Assembly (NCBI GenBank): GCA_965153285.1
Contig: OZ229111.1
Reading direction: 5' to 3' (one strand)
From: Podarcis tiliguerta
Taxonomy: Eukaryota
Length of the DNA: 64,000 nt
Part shown: positions 1-13,213 of the stretch, piece by piece
Numbering within the stretch: the first letter of the stretch is position 1
Layout of the letters: every line of letters begins with the position of its first letter
Made by a program: the position numbers and the translations under genes
Notes under the pieces: model-generated
The model's input: the letters and a program-made list of their open reading frames with translations, nothing else
What the model was told of the DNA's origin: nothing
The model's database searches: none

Positions 1-1287
1 CTGTAATTTCATGTCCCCCAAATATAAGTTTGGATGCATTATTTCTGTTCCTAAATCAAAGAAGGTGCAAAAAGAATCATGCTTTTCTTGTTTGTCTACA
101 TAAAATATTAATAGTCGGTTGGGCAACTGGGATATATGAAATGCTGTGCTAGGAAACTAGTCTTTTGATGGGACAAATTGTGCAGTTGTCTCATTCTTGT
201 TGTTTTCTAACAAAATTTACATTTTTGATCTGGGAAATAACTTGGAAAGGGATGCTGTCTTTGTTTGATAGTTTCCCCTAGGAGTTCAGGATATACCATT
301 ATGCTTGCCAAGCCTCTTGAGTGTACATTTAGAACAATTCCTTTATAGATGGAAAAAATGCCTTCCAAACAGATTTTCTTATGTTTAGAAAATGTATTGT
401 TCTCATGGTAGCTGAAGAAGCTTGTTTGGAAGAACCAAGATGGGTGGAAAATAGAATTTCCCTCCTCCTAATCACTGGGCTTTATGTTAAAGATGGAGGT
501 AAAAATTGGGAGAATACTGGCCCTATTAAAGTCTAACTGAATACTTGTTTTGGATCAAAGCAAATCCATTGACATGTACTGTACTCTTTAGCTCACCTAC
601 TCTGGAACAGGCCCACTGGCATGTACAGAATGAGTCTAGACCTAACAGGCTGTGAATTGCAAATGTGGTACGTAGTATCTTATGCCAACCTGTCCTGGCA
701 TGCATATTTCTTACTGCTGAGCTGCTACTATCTGATGGTACCATTGATGGTGGGACTTTTAAAAAGGTCATCAGCTCTAAAACCACATAGCTTGGATTCT
801 GAGAACCACCAATGGAAAGTAGTTTGCAGACGGAGACTTTCCCATTCCACCCTCCCCTCTTTTGCGTCCTCCTCAAAAACCTTCACCTGTTTGGGGGCAA
901 CTTCCTCCTGTAGCCCCCTGCATCACATTCTGTTCTGATCAGAGGGTCCCCCGACCCTCAGCAGAAGCTTTTAGGGGGCACAGAGGACTGCAGGCTGGAG
1001 GAAGCCTTGGTTCTCGGGATCCAGGCCCACATTTCGTTGACTCTTTTGAGGCCCTTTCACTGTAGATTCTTTAACCGTCTTTTTGTTGGCAGCCAAACTA
1101 AGACAAAATTATGTATTGCATTTTCAAAAATAGCTTGTATTTCCCCACCCACCCACCCACAACTGAAGCCTAAACTTGTTGCCAATGTTGACTAATCCTT
1201 TTTCAGTGATTAGAGAATTTTTATTTTTTTTTTGAAATTCTGGGTTACGAAACAGAACTGAAAGTCTAAAATCTAAAACTTTTGCAG

Positions 1288-1452
1288 AGCGGGCAGCTAA
1301 GGTTGCTGAGCAGCAGGAGAGAGAACGAGCAGCACAGCAACAGCAGCAGAATTCCTCCCCCCGGGCAGGCACTCCTGTCGGGGCTCTAATGGGGGTGGTG
1401 CCGCCACCAACACCAATGGGGATGCTCAATCCGCAGTTGACACCTGTTGCAG
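1288..1452 (+). CDS. PBRM1: PBRM1 exon, 165 nt, phase 1-1 (ERAAKVAEQQ...QLTPVAG)
   Basis: ttttgcag acceptor ending 1287; gtaaaa donor at 1453. Confidence 0.93.
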
Positions 1453-4400
1453 GTAAAAACAAATAGGGGCTCTGACCATTTTTTTCCCTTCATCCACTTT
1501 ACCAAACTCCTTCATAACTCTGAACGCTATTCTTGGGTCACTTTATTTGTAGTGAAAAAGAAAAAAAAACTATTAAACTTTACCTCATAAAACCTTAAGT
1601 TCAAAACAAACACAGATGTTTCCCTCACTGGTAGAAATAGCACCCCTTAACCCTAAGCATGCCGTCTTATCCCGATGAAGTCTCTGCCAGCTCATTCCCT
1701 GGTCAGCAAACTTGATCCTGGTTTGTACTGTTAATTCTGTTTTGTTTCCTCTGAACGCTGCAGAATCTGGACACTTGGGAAAGAGTGGATGGTTTTCTCA
1801 GGTGGCACGTCATCAGTAACATTAGACACGTTCCGACTGTGAGAAAATGTAATATGATGCCTTAACGTGAGGGTAAACTTGAGAACTGATTTTATCCCTC
1901 AGTTGAACTGGCTAGGGTCCTTGGCAGCAGTGCTTAGTGAGAATCTGAAAACATTTATTTATTTCATAAAATGCATATACCGCTTGATTGTAGAAAACCT
2001 CAAAGCGGTTTTCTTTTCTTTTGCAGGATTTTGGGTTTGTGTGAATTGAGCAGCAAGCCCTTCCATGCCACACTGCAATCCACTTTCATAACTGATATTT
2101 CAAAAGCAATTATATTGTTCAGGCATAATGCTGAACCACACAGTTTAGTATTTTGTGCATGAGTGTCAAGCTTATGCTGTCTCCCCTCCTCCTCCTCTTC
2201 CTAAGGCATAGCCTTGAGGAGGAACTGGGAAGCTTTCGTTTCCATCTTAAACTCTAGCTGTTTTTATTAGATAATTTTACATATAGGACTTGATACTCAA
2301 ACCATGTAACCTCTAGTTTTGTGTATTCAATTTTATCAAGGCTCTACTTTTATTAAGCATCCAAGCTTATCTAGTTCTGTAACTGAGCAAAACAGATACA
2401 AGAACAGGAATAAATATTTTGCATTAGGGTGTATGTAGATTTGGTTTAGTTTAGGTCTCCATATGTTCTGAATCTGTATTTGAAAATAAATACATTAACT
2501 TCACCAGGATCTAAATACGTGTTTTCTGAGGCACTCTGCATTTCATTACATGCAAACAAATTGCAAGGCATTTTATTCTGATAATATTTAATGTGGCAGA
2601 ATTGTCTGTTAATAGGACCTAGCATATAATCTATTAAATTTATTTTTCTTTTAGTGTCACCATCTCATTAAAAAACCCAATATTCCATTTTATATCCAGT
2701 TTTCTCACCACGTGATCTTAACTTACACCTCACTTTTATCCAGATCTGTTTATAAACAGCTTTTCTTGAAACACTTAATTTTGTCTGAAGAATATCTTCA
2801 AAAATCAGCAACTAATGTAATTCTCTGGGAATAATTGCCACATTTCTGCAGGGTAATGTAATGTAAGTACAGCAAAAAGGGGGAGCAGCTTTGGGACGCA
2901 CTCAGAGGTTTGAGAGTGGCATTCTGCTCATGAAACGGATCTTTAAGATTTTGGTTCCACTTTCCCTTGCACTCCCCAAAAACCTGTTCCAGAGGATTGA
3001 AGGACCCCCTGAAACAGGCTGGGAAGTGGTAAGGAAACTGCAAAGGAAAGGATAATAAGTGGCAGGGAACTATTCGTCTTTAATAGAAAGTTGTCCCACT
3101 GATTTACATGATATGATGAATAGTTTGCTAAACATGTTTCACTGCACCTCTTGTTTTCTTGAGTGAAGTTTATCAGTTGAAGAAAGAGTTGGAGCAGCAT
3201 TTTGTCTAGGAGTGGGCTGTGAGCCAAAGTCTTCATTTCAAATCTCCCATCAACCATGGAAGGATGGGAGAAGGAAGCCACTCCTGCTCACAGCCCCCTC
3301 CTGCATATACTATCCTACTTACTCGGCTGCTATAAACATTACTGGCACAATGTTTGCAACATGCTTCGAACACTTGAAGTGTGTGATATAAATGCTAAAT
3401 ATAGCTACTAGTATCATTGTAATTGAATGGCAGCCAGTGTTGCTTTCACCTGATCACTCATCACGAAATCTCGATTTACAGCAGAATGTTTCCAGATAAA
3501 TAAATTTTACACAGCTTGGTTCTTAGTTTTTAATTTGTTGCTGTGAATTGGATTCGTCAGGGCTGCTGAAAATCTAGTCCAAAAATGTTGCATTTTATCT
3601 CAGCTCCATTTGTAAAAAAATAAATTCCTTTTCAGTTCTGTTTTTGTTGCATATGTTGTGTAGAGATTGAATATTAAGCCATTTCAAAGTTTTCAGAAAG
3701 CAATCTGTATTTTTTAATGGTTCCCTTAGAAGCCAGACCTCCGCTTTGCTGTCAGGTGGATTGCCAGCACCATTGTAGAAGAAAATCTGTCTCTCTGGTG
3801 TTTGGTTCAAGGAGATGCCCGTTCTTTCCTATAACAGGGCAGCAGCATCCCTAGATCTGTAGCTTTTACAGCATAAACCTGTATTTGTGACATATCTCCA
3901 CTTGGGGTTGATATTATTCTTGTTCGTTTTACTAGTTTTATGTTAAATTTTCTTCAGTGAGATTACACAGGCATAAAATTAGAGCTATTACTTCCAAACT
4001 TAACTTTCCTTCAGTAGGTAGGTCTGAATATGTATAAATCCTTCCCTGAAATTATCCACAATATTGGTTCCAGCCTTGCAAATAATCAAGTGATGCTTGA
4101 AATTATCATGTGACAAAGTATTTCTTCACCACCTTTGACCTCATATAGAGCCCCCAAAGCAACTCACGGACATAACTGCCATCTTTTTCTCAGAATACCT
4201 TGAGTGATTTTCCATTATTCTCCCCCAAAACCCTCCAGCCCACCCACACAATCCCATTTTGCAGAGCACTGGCCTATATCTCTCGGAACTCCTCTCCACC
4301 AATCCTTATTTTCTTCTCTCTCCATAATATCTCAGAATACTTCTCTCAGTCACCTTCATTGTCCCCCTCGCCCAACAATCCCCATTTTTTCCAGTCAAAG

Positions 4401-7400
4401 ACAACCCCAACATTTCCCTCATTAACCACCCACCAACATTTATCTCTCATATTACCTCTTATTCTACCTCTAAGATTACCTCCTATCTCTTCCCTTTCCC
4501 AATTTTCTATGGTGAAGACCCTACATATACCCCCCCCCCCGCTTAACTCTCCATGATTATTCTCAAGGCACCCATCTTTACTTTCTTTTCCGGTGCCCTT
4601 GATTCTCTTCTGTCAAGAGACTTGTCCATTTTGCCTTCTGTTCAGTACAATACATGATTCCTTGTTTACATTGCTATAGTATGCTAAAATTAACATTCCT
4701 TGAAGGTGAAGAATTGTACTGTGCAATACATTGCTGTTTATAGTTACCAGTAGTGTAACTTGCAGCAATGTGAGCACTTAAGATGATTGTGCAGTGAATA
4801 TTCTCTGATGAAAACGTCCATGAAGTTTTTACTTTCATGGCACATGAAAGATAAGGTCTCTCTCTCTTTAATATACCTTCTGTTTTAGTAGTCTTTTGGC
4901 CTTAATGAAGGTGAGAGATGGGAAGCAGCTCAATCTATGCAGTATTGTTAAATTAATTTCCCATATGTGTAAGTGGTTAACATCCTGTGTAAGTGAAAAA
5001 GCCATAAACAACCTGAATGCCTGGTATACATACATCTTCTGTTAAGCTACATTGCTGTCCCGTGAATTTTTGAATGTGCATGTCGCAATGTTATATACTT
5101 TTGTATGACTGACGAAACGTTTTGCATTTGCTTGTAATAATAACCACTTAATGATTCTAAATGCTCAGCTGGTTTCCTCCTGAAGAATATGCCAAAAGGC
5201 TAAATACTAATCTGTTCTGAATACAGTATCTGGCACTGTAACAATGTTCATTTTTGCAAGGTACTAATTGTAGTGTTGTATGGCAGTACCGAAGGTGCAT
5301 ATATGTGGGTAGTGCATGTAATTATTATTTTGATCATTTTGCATGTCATTGATGCATGTTTGAAATTTGTTGTGTCCTCCAAGGCATGCTAGGTGGCTAT
5401 CCACCAGGGCTGCCAACTTTACAGGGCCCAGTTGATGGCATTATTAGCATGGGCAGCATGCCGCCACTTCACCCTGGGGTGCCTCCACCCCACCAACTTC
5501 CACCAGGCATGCCAGGCATCCCACCACCGGGTAAGAATGACCTCATTCACTCATTATCTCACGTCTCTGTTCTCACCCCATTTAACCAATTGCCGTGGGA
5601 AATGTTTGCAGCTTGTGCATTTGTAGCTTAACTGCTTGACTTCTGTCGAATGCTCCAGGTATGTCTAGCTCTCTAGATGTGCAAGGTGCATTGAGAAATA
5701 TACAAAGTATATTTGCCAAACATCTTGGCATGTATGATACATGTTGGCAGAGCAACAAATGTGACTGATCCAGCAGCAAAGGAGTTGACCATGGAAATAC
5801 CCTTGTATTTTTAGCATGAGTTTTTTAAAAAGTGTCAAATAGATCTGGCTTGAACGGTTACATCGAGTATTGAAGACACATAATTCCTAGTCCTTCTGAA
5901 ACTGTTGAAGGTGACGTTGTTTGTTGAACTGGACAATTTCACTACCAGACATGGATCTTAAACCAGTATACTCTTAGTTTTTTATTTCTTTGTGCACCAT
6001 TAGTTCAAATATACACGCCCTGATTTCAAACAACTTCATTTAACGGCAAATCATTTTAAAAAAATGAAACCCTGTAGCCTGATTTTTAAACAAAGCAAAC
6101 TGAAGCTTCAGCCAAGGGGAATATTAGTGTCTGGAGAGGTTGAAATGTGGGTACAGCCTTGTTCTTTAACATACAGTTCATCCAGGTTTGATAAATACTT
6201 AAAAGTAAATGTTCTCTTGTGATGTGGATCAATATTTATTCAAAACCATGAATGAAACATTAACTAAGAGAAACAGATATTTTGTTTCCAATTATTAAAC
6301 TTCTATTTATAGGGAGACAGGGGCTGTTATGGAACCTTTGTTCATTGCCACCTTCTCCTTTTTGCTGCTGCAAATTTTTCTTTCACTTTTACATGGTATA
6401 TCATACTCCTTTTCTGCATGCAGTGGATAAGCTCAGCTGTTAACCTGTGGGCAAAAACTAATGTGATTTGCCTGCTTTATTTCTAAGTATGTATTTCACA
6501 GTAGTGTTCCCCTAAAATCTGTGAACATGAATAATTGCCTTTAAAATCCCTTTTTTTCCTTCAAGCCTGCTAGGGTATACAGTTAACATCCAGCAATCAA
6601 GAATTTGAGGATTTGCAGTGAGAAATGAACTATAGCTTTGGAATATAGATGTGTGCCATAGTTTCTTTATGGCTCGTTGTGCTGTTGAACAGCCATAAAG
6701 TGCTTGTGGATGTTCACTATCATTGCCATGTTTCTCTATTTTAAAAACACCTTGTCTCCTTAGCTGCAGAAACAGTGTTACTATGATTATCATTGATGTG
6801 TTAATCGCCTTCTAAGCAACCATCTCAAGGCTATTTGCATGTAAAAGATTTTAAAAATAGTTAAAAGCACAAAACGAGATACATTTAAAAGCAATTCTAA
6901 AACCCCAATAAAGTAGACCCATTTATTCAACAAGGAAAGCCTGTCATTGTTGGATAGAAATGACTGCATATCTGATCAAAATTCCAAACTGTATCCTTAT
7001 AATCCCCAGGAAGGCTAGTGCTGAATAAATTGTAAACATGAAGAAACAGCCACCATCACAATAAGCTAGCAGGCCTGTACAACTTCATGAGTTCATTTGT
7101 GATGTAGCAGCAGTCTTTGTGAGGTTATTCTCAGAGACTACAGAAGAGATTATTACTAGATGAAATAATTTTGGATGGAAGCCCACCAAACACCGCAAAC
7201 TGTCAGTCAACAAAACTTGCTACTTCTAATAAGAATACTTAGGGGATCATATTTTAATACCTGTAATACTCCTTTTTCTTTTTCTTTTACATCTTGAAAT
7301 ACAGGTGTTATAGGTCAAAGCGTTTCCTCCATGGTAGGAGCCCCCTCAGCAGGAAGTCCTTTTGGACAGCAGGTAAGTGATTTAGATAGGCATAGGAAAA

Positions 7401-9819
7401 TCCTATAAATCATACTCTCAAAGGGTTTGTTTCTTAATAAATTGACCTCCCACAACCTAGTGAGTTTATTGTTCCTCTTATTTTCTGATATTGCTTCCTT
7501 ACTACATCTGGCATGTGATTTAATGATGTAGGAGTTAGAGGATATAAACTATCCCCTCAGATAGTAAGAGCTAAGTAAGGCAACAGGTGCTGGTGATGGA
7601 GTCCAAATACTTTGCACTACAACCAATGTTAAGGGATTATAGGAGTTTTGGTTCAAAGCATATGGAAGACACCACATTGGGGAAAGCTGCTCCAAACGAT
7701 TCCTTGTTCTTTTTTTCATGACTATTGATTTCTTGCCCTGCTTTCTTCCTTTTGCTCTCAATACCATTCCCTGTAATCTTCGCCAAAAATCAACAAGTAA
7801 GATTCCAGATAGCCAAACAGTTAAAAATGTGATATGTATGAATGTGTTGTGCATGGAAGTGAAAGCCATTTGTTTTGTGGAGATTTCAGACTGTCTTGAT
7901 ACGACAACGTGAAACAGGTTTTGTTTAGATTTATTTTTTTGGCACGGGCACATTTCTCACCACACCTGAGGGTAACCGTTATTCCCTTAAGGATGTTTCA
8001 GATGCTTTTGCTGTTATACCCTTTCCTATTCTTCCCTTTCCCGGAACCGTCTATAGAAACACAGTGTTCGCCACTTATCTTTGGTTCAATGAGATACTAC
8101 AATCGCCAGGCTATGTTTGACCTTTAAAGGTATTGTTCTTTACTATTCCAGATGGGTATCCTTGGTCCACCAGGCCAGCAGGCCCCACCTCCCTACCCTG
8201 GACAAAATCCAGCAGCCCAGCAAGTTATGCAGCAGCCAACAACTCCTATGTTTGTCTCCCCTCCACCAAAGACACAAAGGCTTCTTCATTCTGAGGCTTA
8301 TCTGAAATACATTGAGGGTCTAAGTGCTGATTCGAGTAGCATTAGCAAGTGGGACCAGACCCTTTCAGGTAAGTCTACTTGCAGTAAACACAGAGACCCT
8401 AGAATTTTTTTTGAGGCTGTCCTTTTAATTCTACCATTACTGTACAGTACTATACTGTATGAGTGGTTTGCCCAGTGTGGCGGAGCTGTAGCTGCCATTT
8501 ACTGGGAGGAGGGGCAAAGTAGCTATAAGATTGGGTTACACAAGCGGGGGTGCTGGATTGTCTTTGCTGGTGTGCTGTGCAGCCCCGACCTGTGCTTGTG
8601 CCTCCCCATCCCTTCAAGTGGAAGTAGCATATCTGTGTATAAAGCCCTTCATCCATCATTCCCAACCATTGGTCATGTTGACTGATATTGCCAACTCTCC
8701 TTTCTCCGGCTTTTAAAACAGCTGAAATGAGAATGTTTTATGCATTCAGAAATCTGCACTCCTCCATGAGATGGGAGTTCTATAATTGTGGAGCGTCTAT
8801 TGTAAGCCTGTTTCAGCAAATGCTGTATAGGAAGTCCACAGGAAGGGGGAAGACAGCTCCTTCACCCCTGTTGGTAGTCACTAATGCAGATACATTATTC
8901 ACAGTGCCTTTTAGCAATCTGTTGAAATCACTAAGGAGGTTCACTATTACCCTGCACGAGGGCTTCCGCTTATAAAATGGAGCTTCTCCCCACTCTCCTC
9001 TTACCACACGCTCCCCGAAATTAACTTACAGTGGGGCAGGAGAATCCCAGAATATTGCAAGGGGGACAGTGTTGAATTCAGTGCAATGTTGAATTCCACC
9101 CATTGCTTTTAACCCTTTGTATTAATATTTGAATACAGTGGACCCTCCAGATACAAATTAAATTCGTTCCAGGGGTCCGTCCGCAAGCCGAAAAGTCCGT
9201 AGGCAAAGGCGCTGCTTCTGCACATGCATGCAGTGCGATTGAGCGCTTCTGTGCACACCTGTGTGGCGAAACCCAGAAGTATACACTTCCGGGTCTGCCG
9301 TGTTCATAACCCGGAAGATACATATCCAGAGCGGGACATAATTAGAGGGTCCACTGTATTAGTTTTTATTTCAGTTTATGGATTTATCTGAAATTTCATG
9401 CAGTTGGGCTGTTAAGTGATTATTTTAAAAACTGATCAGAAGTGTGCATGTTTTTTTCAGCAGAAAGTTTTTAAAAGTTTCTATCAGCTAGCTCTGTCAA
9501 ATCCTTTTGATTTCTGTGATTTCGTGTTCATAATTGAGTGCGTTCTCCCGCTGAAGTCCATGGTGTGGATTTTACTTATGAACTTTATTCCATTCATATT
9601 GTCAAGCTGTACATAAATGTAACTGAATGCCCTTTTCCTTCTTCAGCACGAAGACGTGATGTCCATCTCTCAAAAGAACAAGAGTGCCGTCTTCCTACAC
9701 ACTGGTTGAAAAGCAAAGGGGCCCACACCACAATGGCAGATGCCTTATGGCGCCTTCGAGACTTGATGCTGAGAGATACTCTTAATATCCGTCAAGCATA
9801 CAACATAGAAAATGTTTAA
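1288..9819 (+). CDS. PBRM1: Polybromo-1 (BAF180), 3' part: last five coding exons join(1288-1452,5384-5530,7305-7372,8152-8368,9647-9819); gene begins upstream of the window
   Basis: Spliced translation ERAAKVAEQQERERAAQQQQQNSSPRAGTPVGALMGVVPPPTPMG...PPPKTQRLLHSEAYLKYIEGLS...HWLKSKGAHTTMADALWRLRDLMLRDTLNIRQAYNIENV* matches the vertebrate PBRM1 C-terminus; all introns GT-AG with consistent phases. Confidence 0.97.
5384..5530 (+). CDS. PBRM1: PBRM1 proline-rich exon, 147 nt, phase 1-1 (GMLGGYPPG...PGIPPPG)
   Basis: ctccaag acceptor; gtaaga donor at 5531; part of ORF 5356..5631. Confidence 0.93.
7305..7372 (+). CDS. PBRM1: PBRM1 exon, 68 nt (GVIGQSVSSMVGAPSAGSPFGQQ)
   Basis: Pyrimidine tract plus tacag acceptor; gtaagt donor at 7373; phases fit neighbours. 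Confidence 0.9.
8152..8368 (+). CDS. PBRM1: PBRM1 penultimate exon (MGILGPPGQQ...KWDQTLS)
   Basis: ttccag acceptor; gtaagt donor at 8369; start of ORF 8152..8685. Confidence 0.95.
9136..9356. mobile_element. Tc1/mariner (pogo/Tigger-like) MITE in the last PBRM1 intron
   Basis: TIRs CAGTGGACCCT...AGGGTCCACTG flanked by TA on both sides. Confidence 0.85.
9647..9819 (+). CDS. PBRM1: PBRM1 last coding exon (ARRRDVHLSKEQE...YNIENV*)
   Basis: ttttccttcttcag acceptor; TAA at 9817-9819. Confidence 0.96.
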
Positions 9820-12800
9820 TCCTCTTTCGATACCAACATATAAAATTTTTGTGGAACAATAGCTGTTTTAGTTATTGGTGGGGGAGGGGAAACTGGTTTT
9901 ATTGCATCTTACTGTACATTGCAAGATTGTTTTTTTATATAAGGACACTTTTAATAAGCATATTTCACTTTTTGTTATATTATGTTGACTTTTTTAAAAA
10001 ATATACAGACTTGTGCATATGGTTCTTTAACTTGGAAGATGATCTCACACTTTTGTTATAAATGCAAAATAAGGTTTCATCATTTGGCCTTACACAGAGG
10101 TTCTCATGCCTTCTTTTTTTTTTTTTTTAAGCAGCAAGAGTGTGTAGCGAAGAGAAATGTGAAGTTAATCCCAGTTTGCATCTTAGCAGCATGAGCATCC
10201 ATGTGCTTGTGTGGTAGTGACTTTTGGCAGATACATCACAAGAACTTAAAGCCTTCCTTTAAATAAAGCTACTAGGGTAGGGAGAAGATTGAATCAACTT
10301 GGTAAATGTAAGGCCTTTTTTATTTGTTCCCAGAACTTGATAAAAGGAAATAAGCAAGACTGTATCTTTTGATTTGACCACCTTTTGTTGGCACATATAA
10401 GTTCAAAGTGGGGCTTGTATTGATGAGTCTGCTTTAAGAGATCTGCAGACATGAAAGCTTGCATGTGATGCCAGTAGACATTGGCCTGATGATAGTGTGC
10501 TACCTAATTTATTTCTCCAGGATGAGACCTGTGCTCATCACCACCAGCACCACCTCCTTGGGAAATACTTGAGTAAGCTTAAGTATAAAGGGGGAGGGAT
10601 TTCTACTTTGCTGTCCTAATATGAAGGATGCATAATATCTTTGAATTCTCAGATCAGAATATTTATACATGTGTATTTTTAAAGGTGCAAAGCTTTAGTT
10701 TCCAAGACCTTCACTTCGAAATCAGAATTGGATGTTTTGTTTCTTGTAGTTTAAGGTTCCCACTGCAAATTTAATGCAGTTTATAACTGATATTGGAAGG
10801 TAAGTAACAGAGCATGCAAAAGGAGCATATGTATTTTAACAGCTTAAAATAAGTGCTCTATTCAGGACTTGGTATTTTGACACTTTTTCTTTAAAGGTTG
10901 CTCTGATGATAGCACTGCAGTCCTACTGTTGATAATTTTTGTACGCATAGTCCTATCTGTACAGCACTGCTTATAAGCCTAACACAGCAGATCATATGTA
11001 GGAATTGGTGTCCTGAACCTACATAAATTTATTTAGAAAGTTAATCTAATTTTTGTTCCCACAGTTATAGGACAATACAGCATTTGTCTTTACTAGTAAC
11101 AGTAGTCACAAAGCAGAGAGTTCCTTAAGGCATGTCAAAAGTCCTAGGTGAAACCAGTTGGAGTTGTTAGTTGTGTAGTTCTGTTTTGTTGCCTGAGGGC
11201 CAGACTACCAATGGCATTAATTGCATAGCCTGCTTTTCACTGCACACTTTTTCTTCCATAAAAGGGGGGGGGGGACAGGGGTAGCGAATTCAAGAGCTTT
11301 TTCTCCAGTGCAAATTGTTGGCATGGGCCCCTCAAATCAAGGGTAGAACCCTGTCCCCGATACTAGTCATTTTTCAGAGAGGTTTGCACATAAACTCTGA
11401 TAAACATCATGTGTAATAGTATAGCCCTGATACTAGGATTTTCTAGTTCAGCAGCCTTCCTTCTTTGGGTGACATCCATCATAGCACAAGGGGGCATCCA
11501 CTTGTAGAAAGAGGAGCACCTCCTTCATGTGCACCCCCAAAATATGCTCCAGAGGGTTGGGGGACTGGAGGGGAAGGATGGAGCCCTGTTGCAAAGATGG
11601 GCTGCCACAATTAGATCTCCCTCTTCATCTTTAAAGTTAGATTTATAAGTTTAGAAAAAACAGCTTTGAATGTTGACAAGTAAGGGAATGCTTATCAAGC
11701 ATGGATTCAAAGAAATAATTCAGGAGGCCACCACCTGACAAAGCTTGCACAAATATCAGTTAGGAGGCACGTTAGAAGTCATGTTTAATTACGAGGTTGA
11801 TTTTAACAAAGAATTGTTGCCATGCTGGCTTCAGAGAATGAGTGGTTCATCAGGATAAGTAACTGTCTTATTGGACCAACTTTAGTTCACCCAATGAAAA
11901 TTACATTCCATTACCTATTTTGACACACATCCAGAAAAATGTATATTTAGTTGATGTTTCTGGATCTGTTTCAGTGATACAATGCATTATGAAGATGACA
12001 GCAAGTAGCCTGTGAAAAATACACTATTCAAGTTTTGGTTCTTCAGATGAGGTACTAATGCAAAATACAATATTAATATTACAGAGATTTTTGTATCCTT
12101 ATCATTATATCATATGTGGCACACATCTTAGTATATGGCCTTTGCAATTTTTAAAAACCTCACAGATCTCTGCATGCACCCAGGAGTTTTCCTTGGGTGA
12201 CTTAGCAGAAGCTGCCAATGCCAAATCAGCTCAGCACTGGGAGCTACTGAGGCGAGTGCATGGGTGCTCTTCTGGATCGTGGCCAGTGTGTTTGAAATTA
12301 CCTCTCACATTTCAGTTTCAATGTCATAAGGAGGCAGCAAGTCCTAGATCTTTAGTACTTGGAAACACCATAGACTTTTACTAATACAATCACTTTTTGT
12401 TTTAGGTATTGCAAAAACTACACCAAAGAACCTGGAATTTATTTATTTTTATTTATTTAAAAAATAAACAGGATGAGACACCCTTTGAATGCTGTATAAT
12501 TCAGGAGGATCAGTGTTGAATAATACGCAGCATTGTTTTTCCCATACATTTAAGAAGAGGGCAGCTTCACTATTTCTAATAATCCAGGAGTAAACAATTA
12601 GAACTGTAAATGAGACCTTTGCCTTTTCTATGGCAGTGCAGAGCACTCCTCCTAGACCATTAGGCTGGCCCTAATTATTTTAAATTTAATTTATTCCAAA
12701 ATCATGTCTCTGTTTACTGGGGGCATTTCAGTAACATGTAGGATTAAAGTTTGATGGCTACAATCCAGTATTGCACAACCAGCTAACTAAACTTTCCTAA

Positions 12801-13207
12801 CTATAAATTGTTGAGAAGAAGAGCAAACCATGTCTTTTTTTGACCATTTGGACCCATTATTATTTTTTTTTCTACAGCCATGCACTGTATTAGAATAAAA
12901 GGACATTGACTATTCAAATAAGAGTATGGGAAATGGTTGGCTTGAGTGGAAAACATGTTTCAGTGAACCAGTTTGGAAGTGATCAGCAGTTCATCTCCTA
13001 TTCCATATTCCCCACTCTTCCCTTAGAGCAAATGTGTTTATGTAATAATTCAAGTTGATGTTTTATAATATACTTTTCAGCATATATGCTTTTTGGACCT
13101 GGTTAATCCATGCCTCATTTTTTACTCCTGGTTGTATACTCCATTGAGTAAAGTGATAACTAGTCAATGTGCATGTACTATCAGTTTGTCTGAGGCTTTT
13201 TAATTTG

Positions 13208-13213
13208 AATAAA
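13208..13213 (+). terminator. Candidate distal PBRM1 polyadenylation signal (AATAAA); alternatives near 10262, 12463 and 12894
   Basis: AATAAA with upstream TGTA and a downstream GT/T-rich tract; the site actually used cannot be determined from sequence. Confidence 0.4.

Noticed and set aside
8369-8685. Extension of ORF 8152..8685 past the PBRM1 exon, and similar extensions of ORFs 5356..5631, 58809..59330 and 59266..59787
   Set aside because: Intronic read-through beyond consensus splice sites; similarity to the protein stops at the GT donor
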